From: a virus
Taxonomy: Duplodnaviria; Caudoviricetes
Reading direction: 5' to 3' (one strand)
Length of the DNA: 60,387 nt
Virus record (IMG/VR): IMGVR_UViG_3300036987_000493
Coordinates: 1-60,387 of that record
Positions 27,744-37,538 of the stretch are shown in pieces. How positions within the stretch are numbered: the first letter of the stretch is position 1; every line of letters starts with the position of its first letter. The notes beneath the pieces are model-generated. The model saw only the letters and a program-made list of their open reading frames with translations. It was not told the origin of the DNA and did no database searches. A program made the position numbers and the translations under genes.

Positions 27744-28280
27744 CTACTGGCCCACTACCATCAGGTGGAGAGTCTTGGCGGTCACGACCACATTGCTGAG
27801 TTCCACCAGGGGAGCGGCCACGCCGGCCCCACCAGTCAAAATGTGGGTATGCGCCGCCATAACAGACCCGGCGAAGGCCTGTTCGGCCAACTCCGCACCG
27901 GTGAAGACGTGGGTACCAGGGTCAACCGTACCAGCCGGAGTAGCCTTTGCCACGGTACCGGCAGGGGTCCCGGCACTCGCTTCGGCAATCGAGGGCGCTC
28001 CGGGGTCCGCTCCCACCTGGTAAATCCGCATGGTGTGGTTGGTCCGGTCATATTTATAAATGAACCCGTCCCCGGGTTGCCCCTCGATGAAGACCCGCTT
28101 GATTTCCTTTTTCATCCCGAAAGCGCCCTTGGCGGGCAGGGGCACCCCATTGGCGGGGTATTTCAAAGCCCCATCCCCAAAGGCGATGGTGGGAAAACTG
28201 ATTAACTTCCCCATCCCCAAGAAATCCTGATCCTGTGGAGTCAGGGTTACGGTCACATTACTTGCGGCGAGATCCGCCAT
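27744..28280 (-). CDS. Putative capsid decoration / head fibre protein
   Basis: 178 aa, downstream of the capsid gene, AGGAG RBS. Confidence 0.55.
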   Translation of the reverse strand: MADLAASNVTVTLTPQDQDFLGMGKLISFPTIAFGDGALKYPANGVPLPAKGAFGMKKEIKRVFIEGQPGDGFIYKYDRTNHTMRIYQVGADPGAPSIAEASAGTPAGTVAKATPAGTVDPGTHVFTGAELAEQAFAGSVMAAHTHILTGGAGVAAPLVELSNVVVTAKTLHLMVVGQ

Positions 28281-28307
28281 GGCCTTTTCTCCTTATGCGA
28301 TACAGAA

Positions 28308-28330
28308 GGCCCCGGGGCATCCCCGGGGCC
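28308..28330 (-). terminator. GC hairpin, weak terminator or processing site
   Basis: GGCCCCGGGG-ATG-CCCCGGGGCC followed by a short U-tract on the minus strand. Confidence 0.4.
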
Positions 28331-28336
28331 ACTCAG

Positions 28337-28831
28337 TTAAGTCCGGTCGTGCAGCTTGGACTGGTTATCCTCAACCTCCGCCCGGGGGTGGAAGCAAAAG
28401 AAGGGCTGGAAGTCGCCGGCGATCCCGCCGCCGCCCGTCGCCGCCGTAGAGATCTCGATGACCACGGCTTCCCCGGCGTCGATGTCGGCCTTACCCTTTC
28501 TGGTCGACACTACGGGTGGATTGGGCACGTCCACATAGTAGACGTTATCCACCAGGGCCAGGTCCTCCAGGAGGATGGTGGCCAAGGCTACCTTACCCGC
28601 CCCGCCCGCCACCGGATACCGGTAGATGGTCAGAACACCTTCGGCGGTCTGGGTGTCATAATCGAAAGCCACCGTCGGCCGGAACCCGAACCGGCTCACA
28701 CTGACGGGCTCGAAAAAGGTCTTGGTGAGGATAGCCGCAGCCCCAGCTTCCAGGGCGAGGGCCGTCGCCAGGGAAGCATCTCCCACTGCGGCATCAATGA
28801 CGTTCTTTTCATAACTGCCGTACTGTCCCAT
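28337..28831 (-). CDS. Putative capsid cement/decoration protein
   Basis: 164 aa immediately after the MCP, GGAGG RBS. Confidence 0.55.
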   Translation of the reverse strand: MGQYGSYEKNVIDAAVGDASLATALALEAGAAAILTKTFFEPVSVSRFGFRPTVAFDYDTQTAEGVLTIYRYPVAGGAGKVALATILLEDLALVDNVYYVDVPNPPVVSTRKGKADIDAGEAVVIEISTAATGGGGIAGDFQPFFCFHPRAEVEDNQSKLHDRT

Positions 28832-28859
28832 GTTATGGACCTCCTATTTCCGCTCCCCT

Positions 28860-29828
28860 TTACAGGGAGTCGATGCGAACGATCTTGGCTTTGCCGTCGT
28901 CGGCCACGTTCCAGACAGGACCGAACCCGAGAATCCCGTACCAGGCCGCGGCCTGAGTGCGGCCAAAGTCGGACTGGAAGTTGGGGTCCAGGCGCAGATG
29001 CGGGGTTTCCACTTCGATACGGGCTACGGCCTCGTCACCGAAAACCACGGCTTCACCCAGGGTCCCCGAGTTACCGGCGGTGTTCGAGAGAGCGGCCGCC
29101 CGGTTGACCTCAACCCAGCGGATCCGCTCGGTCATGCCCATTTCGCCCTTGAAGACGAAATCGCCCTTCTGGAGGTACTGGTGCCACTGCTGCCAATACC
29201 GATCCTGTTTCAGGCTCCGGAGGTTCCGGTTGCAGGACAGGCCCACATAGTTGTCGCCCTCGTAGGCCGGCACATGGATGGTGTCCCGCATGTAATCGCC
29301 GATGGCGACACAGTGATCGAAGGTCAGGGCCACCGCGGACAGGGCCCCGGGGGTGCCGTTCACCGCCCAGGTTCCACCAGTCAGGGAGGTGGGGGTGTAA
29401 ACCAAGAGAACAGAGGTGGGGTCCATAAAGGCCTGGGCGCCTTCGGTATCCAGGGCCTCCTCCATCTGGACCTTGAGGGCCTTCTGGAGGGAGTTGCTGG
29501 GCTTGAAAGCGGCCAGCATCTCCATGAGGTTCGTGTATTCGACGCCTTCCCCGAACTCGACCACCTGGATCTGCCGGTTGCCCCAGGAGAGTTTCCGGAT
29601 GGGGATACGGGTGCCTTCCTCCAGCCGGGAAGAAACGGAGTTGGGCAGGCGGTTGATGTGCATGATGTTGACCATCTCGCCCGCGTTGCGCTTGAAGGCG
29701 ATGCCGTGGTCGCTGGTGAAGGGGAGAATCTTACATTCCCCGGCGGAGACCTCCAGGAGCTTCTTGCTCAACTGGTGGTTCTTATAGATTCCGAGGTTTG
29801 CGTCAAACGTCCAGTTATGAGCTTGCAT
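28860..29828 (-). CDS. Major capsid protein (N4-gp56-like, HK97 fold)
   Basis: 322 aa; GEMG...IRWVE, AVVFG and DFGRTQAAAWYGILGF motifs; follows the scaffold gene; GGGAGG RBS. Confidence 0.85.
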   Translation of the reverse strand: MQAHNWTFDANLGIYKNHQLSKKLLEVSAGECKILPFTSDHGIAFKRNAGEMVNIMHINRLPNSVSSRLEEGTRIPIRKLSWGNRQIQVVEFGEGVEYTNLMEMLAAFKPSNSLQKALKVQMEEALDTEGAQAFMDPTSVLLVYTPTSLTGGTWAVNGTPGALSAVALTFDHCVAIGDYMRDTIHVPAYEGDNYVGLSCNRNLRSLKQDRYWQQWHQYLQKGDFVFKGEMGMTERIRWVEVNRAAALSNTAGNSGTLGEAVVFGDEAVARIEVETPHLRLDPNFQSDFGRTQAAAWYGILGFGPVWNVADDGKAKIVRIDSL

Positions 29829-29841
29829 TGCTCAACCTCCC

Positions 29842-30903
29842 TTAAATTCGTCGTCCTGCCTGGTGCTTATTCATGATGGATCCCAGGGTGTAGGGCTCCG
29901 GCGCCGCCGGTTTCTTGGGTCGCTCGCCCCCCCGTCCCAGGACCGCGTTGTCGGTCTGGACCTTCCGGGCCCTGGCTTCCACCTCTTCTTTGCTTTGCAC
30001 GACCTCCCCTTTAAGGCGGCGGACCTCGTTCACAGTCCACTGCACCTGTTCTTCAAAGGGTTTGTCGTCAAATTCCTTGGGCATTTTGCCGACCGTTGCC
30101 CAGAAGAGGATGTTGTCTGCCATACCCTCTTCCATGCTCAAGCCCGCCTTGCCCGCCAGTTCACCGGCCCGGGTGCGGGTACTTTTTTCCTCAACTACCT
30201 TGGTCGCGGCTGCTTTCTCGGCTTCCTTGACCTGGAGCCGTTCTTCCACCCGTTTGTCGATGATCTCGTCCAGAACTTTCCCGTCGGGGATGGCCGGCTG
30301 TCCCGAACCCCCGATCCCGGCCTTGCGCCACGCTTTGGCCAACTTCTTCTTGTAGTCCGGGGCAAACTCATCCAGTTGGTCGATCTCATTAAGGGCCTGC
30401 TCAATCTTGGCCTCTTGATCAGCCTCCAATTCCTCTGGAGTTTTCGCCGGAGTGACAGGCTTTTCCGGAGCGCCTGCAGCTTCCTTCTCGGCCAATTTTT
30501 GCCGCAGTTCTTTCGTCTCCAGTTCGGCGGCTTCCCGAGCTTCACGCTCACGGGCCGTTTCCTGAGTTGCTTTGGTGGCAAGGGCCTGATGTTCCTTGGC
30601 CCCTTTCTCCGCCGATTGGTGATCCTTATATTTCGGCTTGAACTCCCAACCTTCCGGGATCGCTTCATCGGGTGGAGTCTTGGGTTTGTCCTCACCCTCG
30701 CCATCAACCTTGCGGACTTCTTCGCCTTCTGGCCCCGCCTCGCCCCCTTCTTCTCCACCCATGGCCGGGTGGCCACTGAACACCGGATGCTGCACCTTGG
30801 CTACAATGGCGCCAAGGGAATCTTCGTCCTCCGAGGTAGGGAGGTCTTCGGGGGATACGGCCTGAGACTCAATCAAGGTTTCTTTTTCCGCTTCGCCTGC
30901 CAT
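29842..30903 (-). CDS. Scaffolding protein
   Basis: E/K/A-rich helical protein before the MCP; probable start at 30903 (MAGEAEK) after GGGAG. Confidence 0.7.
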   Translation of the reverse strand: MAGEAEKETLIESQAVSPEDLPTSEDEDSLGAIVAKVQHPVFSGHPAMGGEEGGEAGPEGEEVRKVDGEGEDKPKTPPDEAIPEGWEFKPKYKDHQSAEKGAKEHQALATKATQETAREREAREAAELETKELRQKLAEKEAAGAPEKPVTPAKTPEELEADQEAKIEQALNEIDQLDEFAPDYKKKLAKAWRKAGIGGSGQPAIPDGKVLDEIIDKRVEERLQVKEAEKAAATKVVEEKSTRTRAGELAGKAGLSMEEGMADNILFWATVGKMPKEFDDKPFEEQVQWTVNEVRRLKGEVVQSKEEVEARARKVQTDNAVLGRGGERPKKPAAPEPYTLGSIMNKHQAGRRI

Positions 30904-31056
30904 GGTTTTCTCCCTTTCGTGGCGGGAATCCTTGCGGGCCGCCACGGGGCCAAAAAGAAAGAGGCAATTCAGGTGATTGGGCACCCAATTGCCTCTCTCT
31001 TGATGCTTACGTCCCTCAGCCGTTGGCCGACGCCTGAGAGAACCCCTACTTTTTAT

Positions 31057-31440
31057 TTACTCGGCCGGAATCCCTTCCGGGGCGGCTTGTTCTTCCTCAA
31101 TAAAACTCGCCATCTGCGGCCCCATTATCCTGAGCACCTCTTGTTCTGCCAGATAAGGAGCCACTTCTAATTTGTGTCGAAAGGCCCCAATCGTCTTTGA
31201 TAGGGCCATAAAGACCTCATCTTTGACGGCCAGGTGAATCAACCGGTCCCGACATTGACTAAAAAGGACCCGCAGGGCCGGGCTGGATTGCAACTCCGCC
31301 GCCAGCCCGACGGCCTCTTGTACTGCCTCTTGGTAGCGGTTTGTGACCTCGGCTTGCTTGACTTCCCGGGTCCTTGGCCGCGGCAGGCCAGTGGTCATAT
31401 CCACTTCCAGACCGCCGCCGCCCATGGGCTGATGAGCCAT
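31057..31440 (-). CDS. Hypothetical protein between portal and scaffold
   Basis: 127 aa, TAATG overlap with the portal gene. Confidence 0.65.
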   Translation of the reverse strand: MAHQPMGGGGLEVDMTTGLPRPRTREVKQAEVTNRYQEAVQEAVGLAAELQSSPALRVLFSQCRDRLIHLAVKDEVFMALSKTIGAFRHKLEVAPYLAEQEVLRIMGPQMASFIEEEQAAPEGIPAE

Positions 31441-33599
31441 TACTTTTTCTCCGCGCTTGACTTCGCCGGCGCCGCTTTAGCTACCGGGGCAGGAGGGGGG
31501 CGCATCGCTGCATGAGCTTGTGCCAGAGCCAGTTCGGCTTGGGCCAGGACCAGTTGGAGTCTGGCCGCCTCCGTATCTGCTTGGCGCTGGACAAGCTCGG
31601 CCTGAGCCAAGGTCAGGCTTTCTTGAAACCTATCCTCGGCTTCGGGTGCGCCAGTTACTGGCTCAGGGATACCCTCAGACTGAGCTTTGGCCAGGGCCAG
31701 AGCCGCCTTGCCCTCGTGTTCCTTCGCCTTAGCCAGATTCATCTCGGCCTTGGCCTGTTCCGCCTGAGCTTTCACTTGCGTCAAGGCCGCTTCCGCTGCC
31801 GCCACCTGCTGCTGTGCCTGGATCGCCGCTTCCTGCTGGGCCTGCTGAGAAGCATCAACCCGCTTGGCCGTATCCTCATCCACCACAACGCCCTCATCCC
31901 GCAGATTAAGGCGTTTCTCGACCGCACGAATAAGCTGATAGGGCTTGAGGTATGGCCGAAATAGATCACTTTCCGCCATCGGCAGGACCACATCCCGGAT
32001 ACTGCGAACAATCTCCATATCCCGCATGAGGGCTGAAATCCCCGCGACCTTAAAGGTGCCGGAGTTGAGTTCGGGTAACCGCAGACCGGTGGGGGAATCC
32101 GGATCAACATATCGGTTGGCTACGTCCGGCCCCATAAGTTGAGCCAATTCGTCGTAGGTGATATTGATAGCAATCGTCTCTGCCCCGGCTTGGATGGCCC
32201 ACAGCGCCCCGTCCTCCAGATTCTTCCCCATGAGGCCCACCACTGTCATGGACTGTTCCAAATTACGGGCAGACTCACCGTTGGTCACTTCGGCCCTGAA
32301 ACCGGGGAGCCCCATGGCGGAGTAGTTCAGCATGGTGCCTTCCTGGAAACGCTGGTCGGCAAAATTCATGTTGGCCAGGATGTCCCCGGTCTGACTCCGA
32401 CGCTCTCCTACCCGGAAAGCCTGCTGGCCCGAAACCGTGCCCCGGGTGAGGTACTGTTTCCCCGGGTAGTTATCCACGTCTGTCTGGTCCACCAGGGCGG
32501 AGATGTCAATCTCCGTAGGCGGGTTAACGATCCAGTTGAGGTTGTCGGCATGGAGACAGAACAGGGAGTTCATAAAGTACCAAAGGCTCTTGATCCCCTG
32601 GATCAAGGACCGGCCATCAAACCTTAACAGGTGCGGCATGGCGGAAAAGCTGACTCCCGGCCACCTCAGAGTGGGGTAATTACTGGCCTTGGGAAGACGA
32701 ATCACCCGATCACCGGTCACCGTGTAAGTAGAATTGGGAAGAAGGAGCTCACCCCGCTTATCCAGCACCGTTCCCCAAAACTCCGAAGTCAAGGCCGCCG
32801 CCCGAAACCGGGAGCGGTTCCACATCATTTCTTTGCGACGAGCGATTTCCTCTTTGGTCAGGTTCACATCAGACCCTGGATTCCCGTATTGCCCCCCGGG
32901 GCCCATATCCGGGATGTTCTGATAGACACCATTTTTCTCGCCGTCTTTCAGGAGGTAGTAATCAAGATACTCCTGGTGGATCCAGTACATCCCCGACTGC
33001 GGCTGCCGGCTGATAGAATCCGGATCCCGATGAATTTTCCAAGGCTCCGTCAGGACGTACCGCAGGCCCCGGCCGGGAATCCATTGCGGGATCATCTCCA
33101 GGCTCTGGCCCACGGCGAAACTCATCCCGGTGGCATCGGTGAAGTTGATCGGGAAATTGGCGTAGGTTCGGGAAAGCTGTAGGCTCATCAACTCCCGCCA
33201 AAACTCAGCATCATCTTCATTTCGCTTATTCTCGATGCTCAAAAACTCCGCATCGAAAGCCTTCCGGACGATGGCTTGGGCAAACTGACAGGAAGAATAT
33301 GGCTTGGGAACAACGACCTTGGATTGCCAAGGCTCCTTGAGGGCATAATTCGGGGGCGGCTCTTCATTGAAAACATCCCAACACTCTTGTTGATTGAGAC
33401 GAATCTTCCGCATGGCATCTACGGAGGTATTGACACAATCCTCCATGAAGCCGACGAAATGGGCCTCATCCTCGTGGGCATAGGCCTGGGCGGCTTCTTC
33501 CCGTTCGGCAGTCTCCTGTGCATCGAAATCAACACGGTTGATCTCCGCCACTCGTTGGCGAACTTCGATGCTGGGATCTTCAATGAAAGGGCTGGCCAT
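31440..33599 (-). CDS. Portal protein
   Basis: 719 aa downstream of terL; WQSKVVVP N-terminal motif; Gln/Ala-rich C-terminal barrel as in P22-like portals. Confidence 0.8.
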   Translation of the reverse strand: MASPFIEDPSIEVRQRVAEINRVDFDAQETAEREEAAQAYAHEDEAHFVGFMEDCVNTSVDAMRKIRLNQQECWDVFNEEPPPNYALKEPWQSKVVVPKPYSSCQFAQAIVRKAFDAEFLSIENKRNEDDAEFWRELMSLQLSRTYANFPINFTDATGMSFAVGQSLEMIPQWIPGRGLRYVLTEPWKIHRDPDSISRQPQSGMYWIHQEYLDYYLLKDGEKNGVYQNIPDMGPGGQYGNPGSDVNLTKEEIARRKEMMWNRSRFRAAALTSEFWGTVLDKRGELLLPNSTYTVTGDRVIRLPKASNYPTLRWPGVSFSAMPHLLRFDGRSLIQGIKSLWYFMNSLFCLHADNLNWIVNPPTEIDISALVDQTDVDNYPGKQYLTRGTVSGQQAFRVGERRSQTGDILANMNFADQRFQEGTMLNYSAMGLPGFRAEVTNGESARNLEQSMTVVGLMGKNLEDGALWAIQAGAETIAINITYDELAQLMGPDVANRYVDPDSPTGLRLPELNSGTFKVAGISALMRDMEIVRSIRDVVLPMAESDLFRPYLKPYQLIRAVEKRLNLRDEGVVVDEDTAKRVDASQQAQQEAAIQAQQQVAAAEAALTQVKAQAEQAKAEMNLAKAKEHEGKAALALAKAQSEGIPEPVTGAPEAEDRFQESLTLAQAELVQRQADTEAARLQLVLAQAELALAQAHAAMRPPPAPVAKAAPAKSSAEKK

Positions 33600-33601
33600 G
33601 G

Positions 33602-33823
33602 TTATCTCGGAAACTCTTTCCTTTCAATGGCACCTGTCGGGGTCTCCCTGACTTCAATTCCCTTGCCCCGGTCAATAGCCCCTTGCCTCGCCACCTGGCC
33701 TGCTGCTACGGCCGCCTTCTGCCCGGTAGGATCGGCGTTTGCCGTCGCCACAGCGTTATCCATGGCATCGCCAACCTTCCGGAGGGGGTTATAGGTCTTG
33801 TCCAGGTCGTCCAGGATTCCCAT
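33602..33823 (-). CDS. Hypothetical protein
   Basis: 73 aa, packed within the operon. Confidence 0.55.
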   Translation of the reverse strand: MGILDDLDKTYNPLRKVGDAMDNAVATANADPTGQKAAVAAGQVARQGAIDRGKGIEVRETPTGAIERKEFPR

Positions 33824-33825
33824 TT

Positions 33826-34035
33826 TCAGAACGCCTTTTTCTTCATTGTCCCGGTCTTCATGACCTTGGTTCGGCCCATGCCGCCAGGCGGCCGCTTCAC
33901 CGTTGGGGGCTTGGGCATGGTCTGGGGAGGCGCCTGGGGAGGCACCTGGGGCATCGCCGGCGGCGGGCCCTGTTCCGGGGCGCTGGCGAAATCTCTGAGA
34001 GAGGCCGGGGGCATCTTAGGCTTGCTCTTCATCAA
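33826..34035 (-). CDS. Pro/Lys-rich small protein
   Basis: 69 aa, AGGAG RBS. Confidence 0.55.
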   Translation of the reverse strand: MMKSKPKMPPASLRDFASAPEQGPPPAMPQVPPQAPPQTMPKPPTVKRPPGGMGRTKVMKTGTMKKKAF

Positions 34036-34168
34036 GTTCTCCTTGCGTTGGCGACTACCACCCGCCGGTCATACTCGGGCTCGGGCCGCCTGGACTTCGG
34101 TTCCGGTTCCTCAAAATCTTTGGCGAAAGGAATCAGGCCCTCCCAGAGCCGTGCCCGGTAAAGGCACA

Positions 34169-34432
34169 TCAACTCCCGCTCTGAGGGCTGGCCGATTCCC
34201 ATCTGATTTCCTCGTACCCTCTCCGGTAGGCATCAGAGGCATGGCGCACCGTGGAAAGATCACCCGTGGGGTAAGGCGGCTCACCATCCCAACCGTTCTC
34301 CGGCTTGCACTCTTCACCGTTCACCACGTTCCGGAACCCTTCCCGGCCGATCCTTTGACCATCCGGCCCCTTCCCCATGAAGAACTTCATAGGGGCCCAG
34401 CCTTCAAAACCTGCGGTCTTGTCAGTTCTCAT
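34169..34432 (-). CDS. Hypothetical protein
   Basis: 87 aa, ATGA overlap with terL. Confidence 0.55.
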   Translation of the reverse strand: MRTDKTAGFEGWAPMKFFMGKGPDGQRIGREGFRNVVNGEECKPENGWDGEPPYPTGDLSTVRHASDAYRRGYEEIRWESASPQSGS

Positions 34433-35847
34433 CCCGTCGCCCCTGTGGCATAACTTCGGGTTCGCCGTTTGTTCGCCTCCGCCTGCTTCTTGTAGCTGTC
34501 TTTATGGACGCCCATGGACCGGGTGGGCAGGAGGACATTGACCCCGTTGGCCCAGCCGTCGCAGACGTGGGAAATCTCATCTTTTTCCGGCAAGGTGGAG
34601 GTGATGTTCCCGGAGTTATCCGTCTTATAGTGCCAGGCCCCGGAGAGCCCCTTGATGAGCAGCTTATTGGTGGGGCAGACCACTATGGCCGGCATCCCCA
34701 TGATGATCGTGTTCAGAGCCCGCTTGAACCCCAGCTTCATAATCTCCCACCGCGGCGGCCCCGGCTCGAAGACGGTCCCAAAAGCATCTTCCACCGCCCG
34801 GGCGGCGCTCTCCTGCCGGTTGCTTTGGTCCGGCTGCTTCATGGAGAAGTCGCCGATGTCCCGCCAGGCCTTCGCCTTGTCCTTCCACCGAGGACTATTG
34901 ATCATGGGGACCACCTGAGATTCGATGAGAGCGCGAATATCGCCCCCCTCCAGACGCATGGTGTCCAGGAAGACGAGTCGGCCGGTGGTGGTGATCTGGC
35001 CCAGGCCACAGGTAGGGTTATGCCAGGAGTCGTAGTACCGGAAGGAAACCAGACCCCGGGCAGGTTCAAGGGGCCCAGGGGCCACATGAATCAAAGGGTT
35101 GAACTCGGGGCTAACCTTTTTCCCCCGGTACACCGCGGCGAATTTTCCCAGGACGTAGCGGGTATAAGCGGCCGGGTCATCCTTGTAGGCCGCCTTCACC
35201 GCCTGGCGGGAGGTCTCAGAGACGAACTTATTTGCGCCATAGGGCACAAACCAGACCTGCTTGGTGATCAGGGGATTGTCAGGGTCGATGTCGGGTTCTT
35301 CCAGAAAACGCCGATAGGTCCAGTGGTCCTCGTCAGCCGGGTTCATGGAAACCTGCAGGCGTGCCTGAGTCCCTTTCTGCCGGGCACACCTCACCAGGGC
35401 GGCATTAAACACTTCCTCTGATAGGCCGGCGTTCACCTTATCCGCCATAGGCGCCGGTTCCTCCAACCAGATGAGGGCGTATTCCGGCCCCTGGAGCTTT
35501 GACAGAGAGCCAAGGTCGTCGATTCCAAACAGGTCCACATGGATCGGAGGATTCGTGTGGATCGTCAGTTGCTTGAAGTCGCTCTTCCAGGTAAGCGAAT
35601 GAGGAAACTTCTCAAAAAATTCTGTTATCGAAACCGCTGTGGATAATTTGATGTTTTCATGCGTATCCCTAACAATAGCGCAACGAATTGGCCTTCCACA
35701 CCGTTGAGCGTGAACTATCATGGCCATTATTGAAGCAAAGGTTTTACCCTCGCCAGTATTGGAGATAATTACATTTACGACCTTATCAGTAAAAATATAT
35801 TCTGCCTGGACCTCTGACAGATCGTACTCAATCTTAAAGTCCGACAT
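34429..35847 (-). CDS. terL: Terminase large subunit
   Basis: 472 aa; Walker A NTGEGKT, Walker B IWLEEP, coupling motif SMNP, nuclease SHVCD. Confidence 0.88.
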   Translation of the reverse strand: MSDFKIEYDLSEVQAEYIFTDKVVNVIISNTGEGKTFASIMAMIVHAQRCGRPIRCAIVRDTHENIKLSTAVSITEFFEKFPHSLTWKSDFKQLTIHTNPPIHVDLFGIDDLGSLSKLQGPEYALIWLEEPAPMADKVNAGLSEEVFNAALVRCARQKGTQARLQVSMNPADEDHWTYRRFLEEPDIDPDNPLITKQVWFVPYGANKFVSETSRQAVKAAYKDDPAAYTRYVLGKFAAVYRGKKVSPEFNPLIHVAPGPLEPARGLVSFRYYDSWHNPTCGLGQITTTGRLVFLDTMRLEGGDIRALIESQVVPMINSPRWKDKAKAWRDIGDFSMKQPDQSNRQESAARAVEDAFGTVFEPGPPRWEIMKLGFKRALNTIIMGMPAIVVCPTNKLLIKGLSGAWHYKTDNSGNITSTLPEKDEISHVCDGWANGVNVLLPTRSMGVHKDSYKKQAEANKRRTRSYATGATG

Positions 35848-35958
35848 GGTTAAGCGATACCATGCCAGGAGATCGATACAAGGGTGAAAAACACCCTTGA
35901 CAAAGAATATAATCCATTATAATTGACGGGTATCTATACTGATGGGGGGTTAAATCAA

Positions 35959-36153
35959 ATGAAAAAGGTTAATGTACGGGGAGAGGGGAAGTTTAGACAA
36001 ACAACGGTCAAAAAAGTGCGGAAGTTTGGCGGTTCATGCTACATACTACTGCCTAAACCTTATTGCGAGAAGAATGGTATTGCAGTCGGGGACCCTATGG
36101 CCTTGATATTCGGAGAGAGCTTACGGATTACGCCGGTGAATAAGGGAGAATAA
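35959..36153 (+). CDS. AbrB/MazE/SpoVT-family DNA-binding protein
   Basis: KVRKFGGSCYILLPK...GIAVGD swapped-hairpin signature; probable start ATG at 35959. Confidence 0.75.
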   Translation: MKKVNVRGEGKFRQTTVKKVRKFGGSCYILLPKPYCEKNGIAVGDPMALIFGESLRITPVNKGE

Positions 36154-36351
36154 TGGTCAGACAGCCTTCCTGGCGAACTCACTCCCACAAACTACCCAGA
36201 CGATTTCGGGACCCGGCCACACTCTCCGCCTCCTACGATGCGCATCAGAGTATCCCCGGTGAGTACGACATGAGGGGACCGCCATTGTCTGCCCCAAACC
36301 CCTTTCAAGATTCCACCCTATCACCCCTTCAACTTCTCAGTCAAGTTATTA

Positions 36352-36364
36352 AGTCAAATTGACC
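36352..36364. promoter_or_regulatory. Distal repressor-type operator AGTCAAATTGACC
   Basis: Exact reverse complement of the operator at 49385-49397. Confidence 0.65.
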
Positions 36365-36529
36365 TATTTTATAAGGAGGTGGGCTCGACATGGATCATTC
36401 CAAATAGTACCGTCCCTATTTACGCCCGTTTTCCCTTCAGGAAGTGATACCAAAGTGGGGCGATCGCCGCCTGGGATCGCCAGATTAAGAGCTCAGAAAT
36501 CGGGGGCAAGTGGGAAATGGGGGAGATGA

Positions 36530-36760
36530 CAAATTTGTCAGGAAAGGTTTTCGTGAAAAATTTATGTGCGAGGCATATTAGACCCCGGGGGGGGTTAAGT
36601 GCGTCCCGGGGTTCCCCCCTTGGGGCCGGAAGAGGGGGAGAGGGGGACAGGGGCGCGTGGGCGTGGGCGGCGGCGGCGGCGCTGGGCAGAGGGGCGGTGC
36701 GCATGGGGCGCTGGTGGGTAGGGCAGGGCAGGAGCGTGTGGACCACGGGTAGGGGTGAGC
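36530..36760. other. Candidate packaging-initiation / genome-end region with G-quadruplex-forming tract
   Basis: CCCC-G8 at 36583-36594, G5-G5-G4-G3-G3 runs at 36634-36667, A/T tracts; lies between terS and terL. Confidence 0.45.
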
Positions 36761-36947
36761 GATCAGGCTCTTCCTTCCTCTTCCCTCATATTGAGGCAGC
36801 TTGAGATGGTCCATAAATGTGTAAATGTGGACCAATAGCCTTGATAATGAGCAATAGCAAGGGTTATAGGGCAATGGTAATGGTCAAGGCAGGGTGCAAT
36901 CGTGCCTTAGGCGGGCTCTCATGCGGTCATTTATTGAAACATTACCC

Positions 36948-37538
36948 TTATTTGGTGATGCGCAGGCTCCCGGATGTGGGCGGCAGGCCCTTGGGTGCTT
37001 CCTGGGCAGGCAGGCCCCGGGATGAGTTGATGACGATCTGAATCCCCTCGACCCCTTCCAAGACCTCTTTGGTGAGGCCTAAGCACTTGGCCAGGCCTGT
37101 CCAAGCGTTGAGACGAACCATTTCGCTCTTGGCGTTCTGCGCCAGGTGGAGCAGGCCCTGGGCGATGGCGGTCTCACCCGCGCCGACTGCACGAAAGATT
37201 TTTCGGTGGTCGTCTGCCTGACATTCATTCTTATTTATGATCTTTGACCCGAGTTGAAAGAGGTAATTGGGGTGATACCCTTTATAACCTGCTAATATCA
37301 TTGCATCTTCTATAGATATTCCCCCGGCCAGGTAAAAATAGATAAATCTGGTCTCTTTGTCGGTCATTTCCCCTTTTAGGTCGAACTTTTCATAATGAAT
37401 CTGCTTACTTACGTCAATTGTCTCCCGATTATCCTCTGATTTATCAATAGTTTCAGGAACTTGTGGCGCTGGCTTCTTCTTCTTTTTCTTCAAAGTCTGT
37501 TTGATAGCCTGCTTAGTGGATATTTTACCCTTTGCCAT
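36948..37538 (-). CDS. terS: Terminase small subunit
   Basis: 196 aa; TDKETRFIYFY...AMILAGY HTH and RLNAW...LAKCLGL pattern. Confidence 0.7.
   Translation of the reverse strand: MAKGKISTKQAIKQTLKKKKKKPAPQVPETIDKSEDNRETIDVSKQIHYEKFDLKGEMTDKETRFIYFYLAGGISIEDAMILAGYKGYHPNYLFQLGSKIINKNECQADDHRKIFRAVGAGETAIAQGLLHLAQNAKSEMVRLNAWTGLAKCLGLTKEVLEGVEGIQIVINSSRGLPAQEAPKGLPPTSGSLRITK

Noticed and set aside
35638-35646. DnaA box TGTGGATAA inside terL
   Set aside because: A single 9-mer in coding sequence, compatible with chance
36153-37041. ORFs of 69-108 aa in the terS-terL gap
   Set aside because: Low-complexity translations of G/C-run DNA with no recognisable protein features; 36153-36362 cannot be fully excluded
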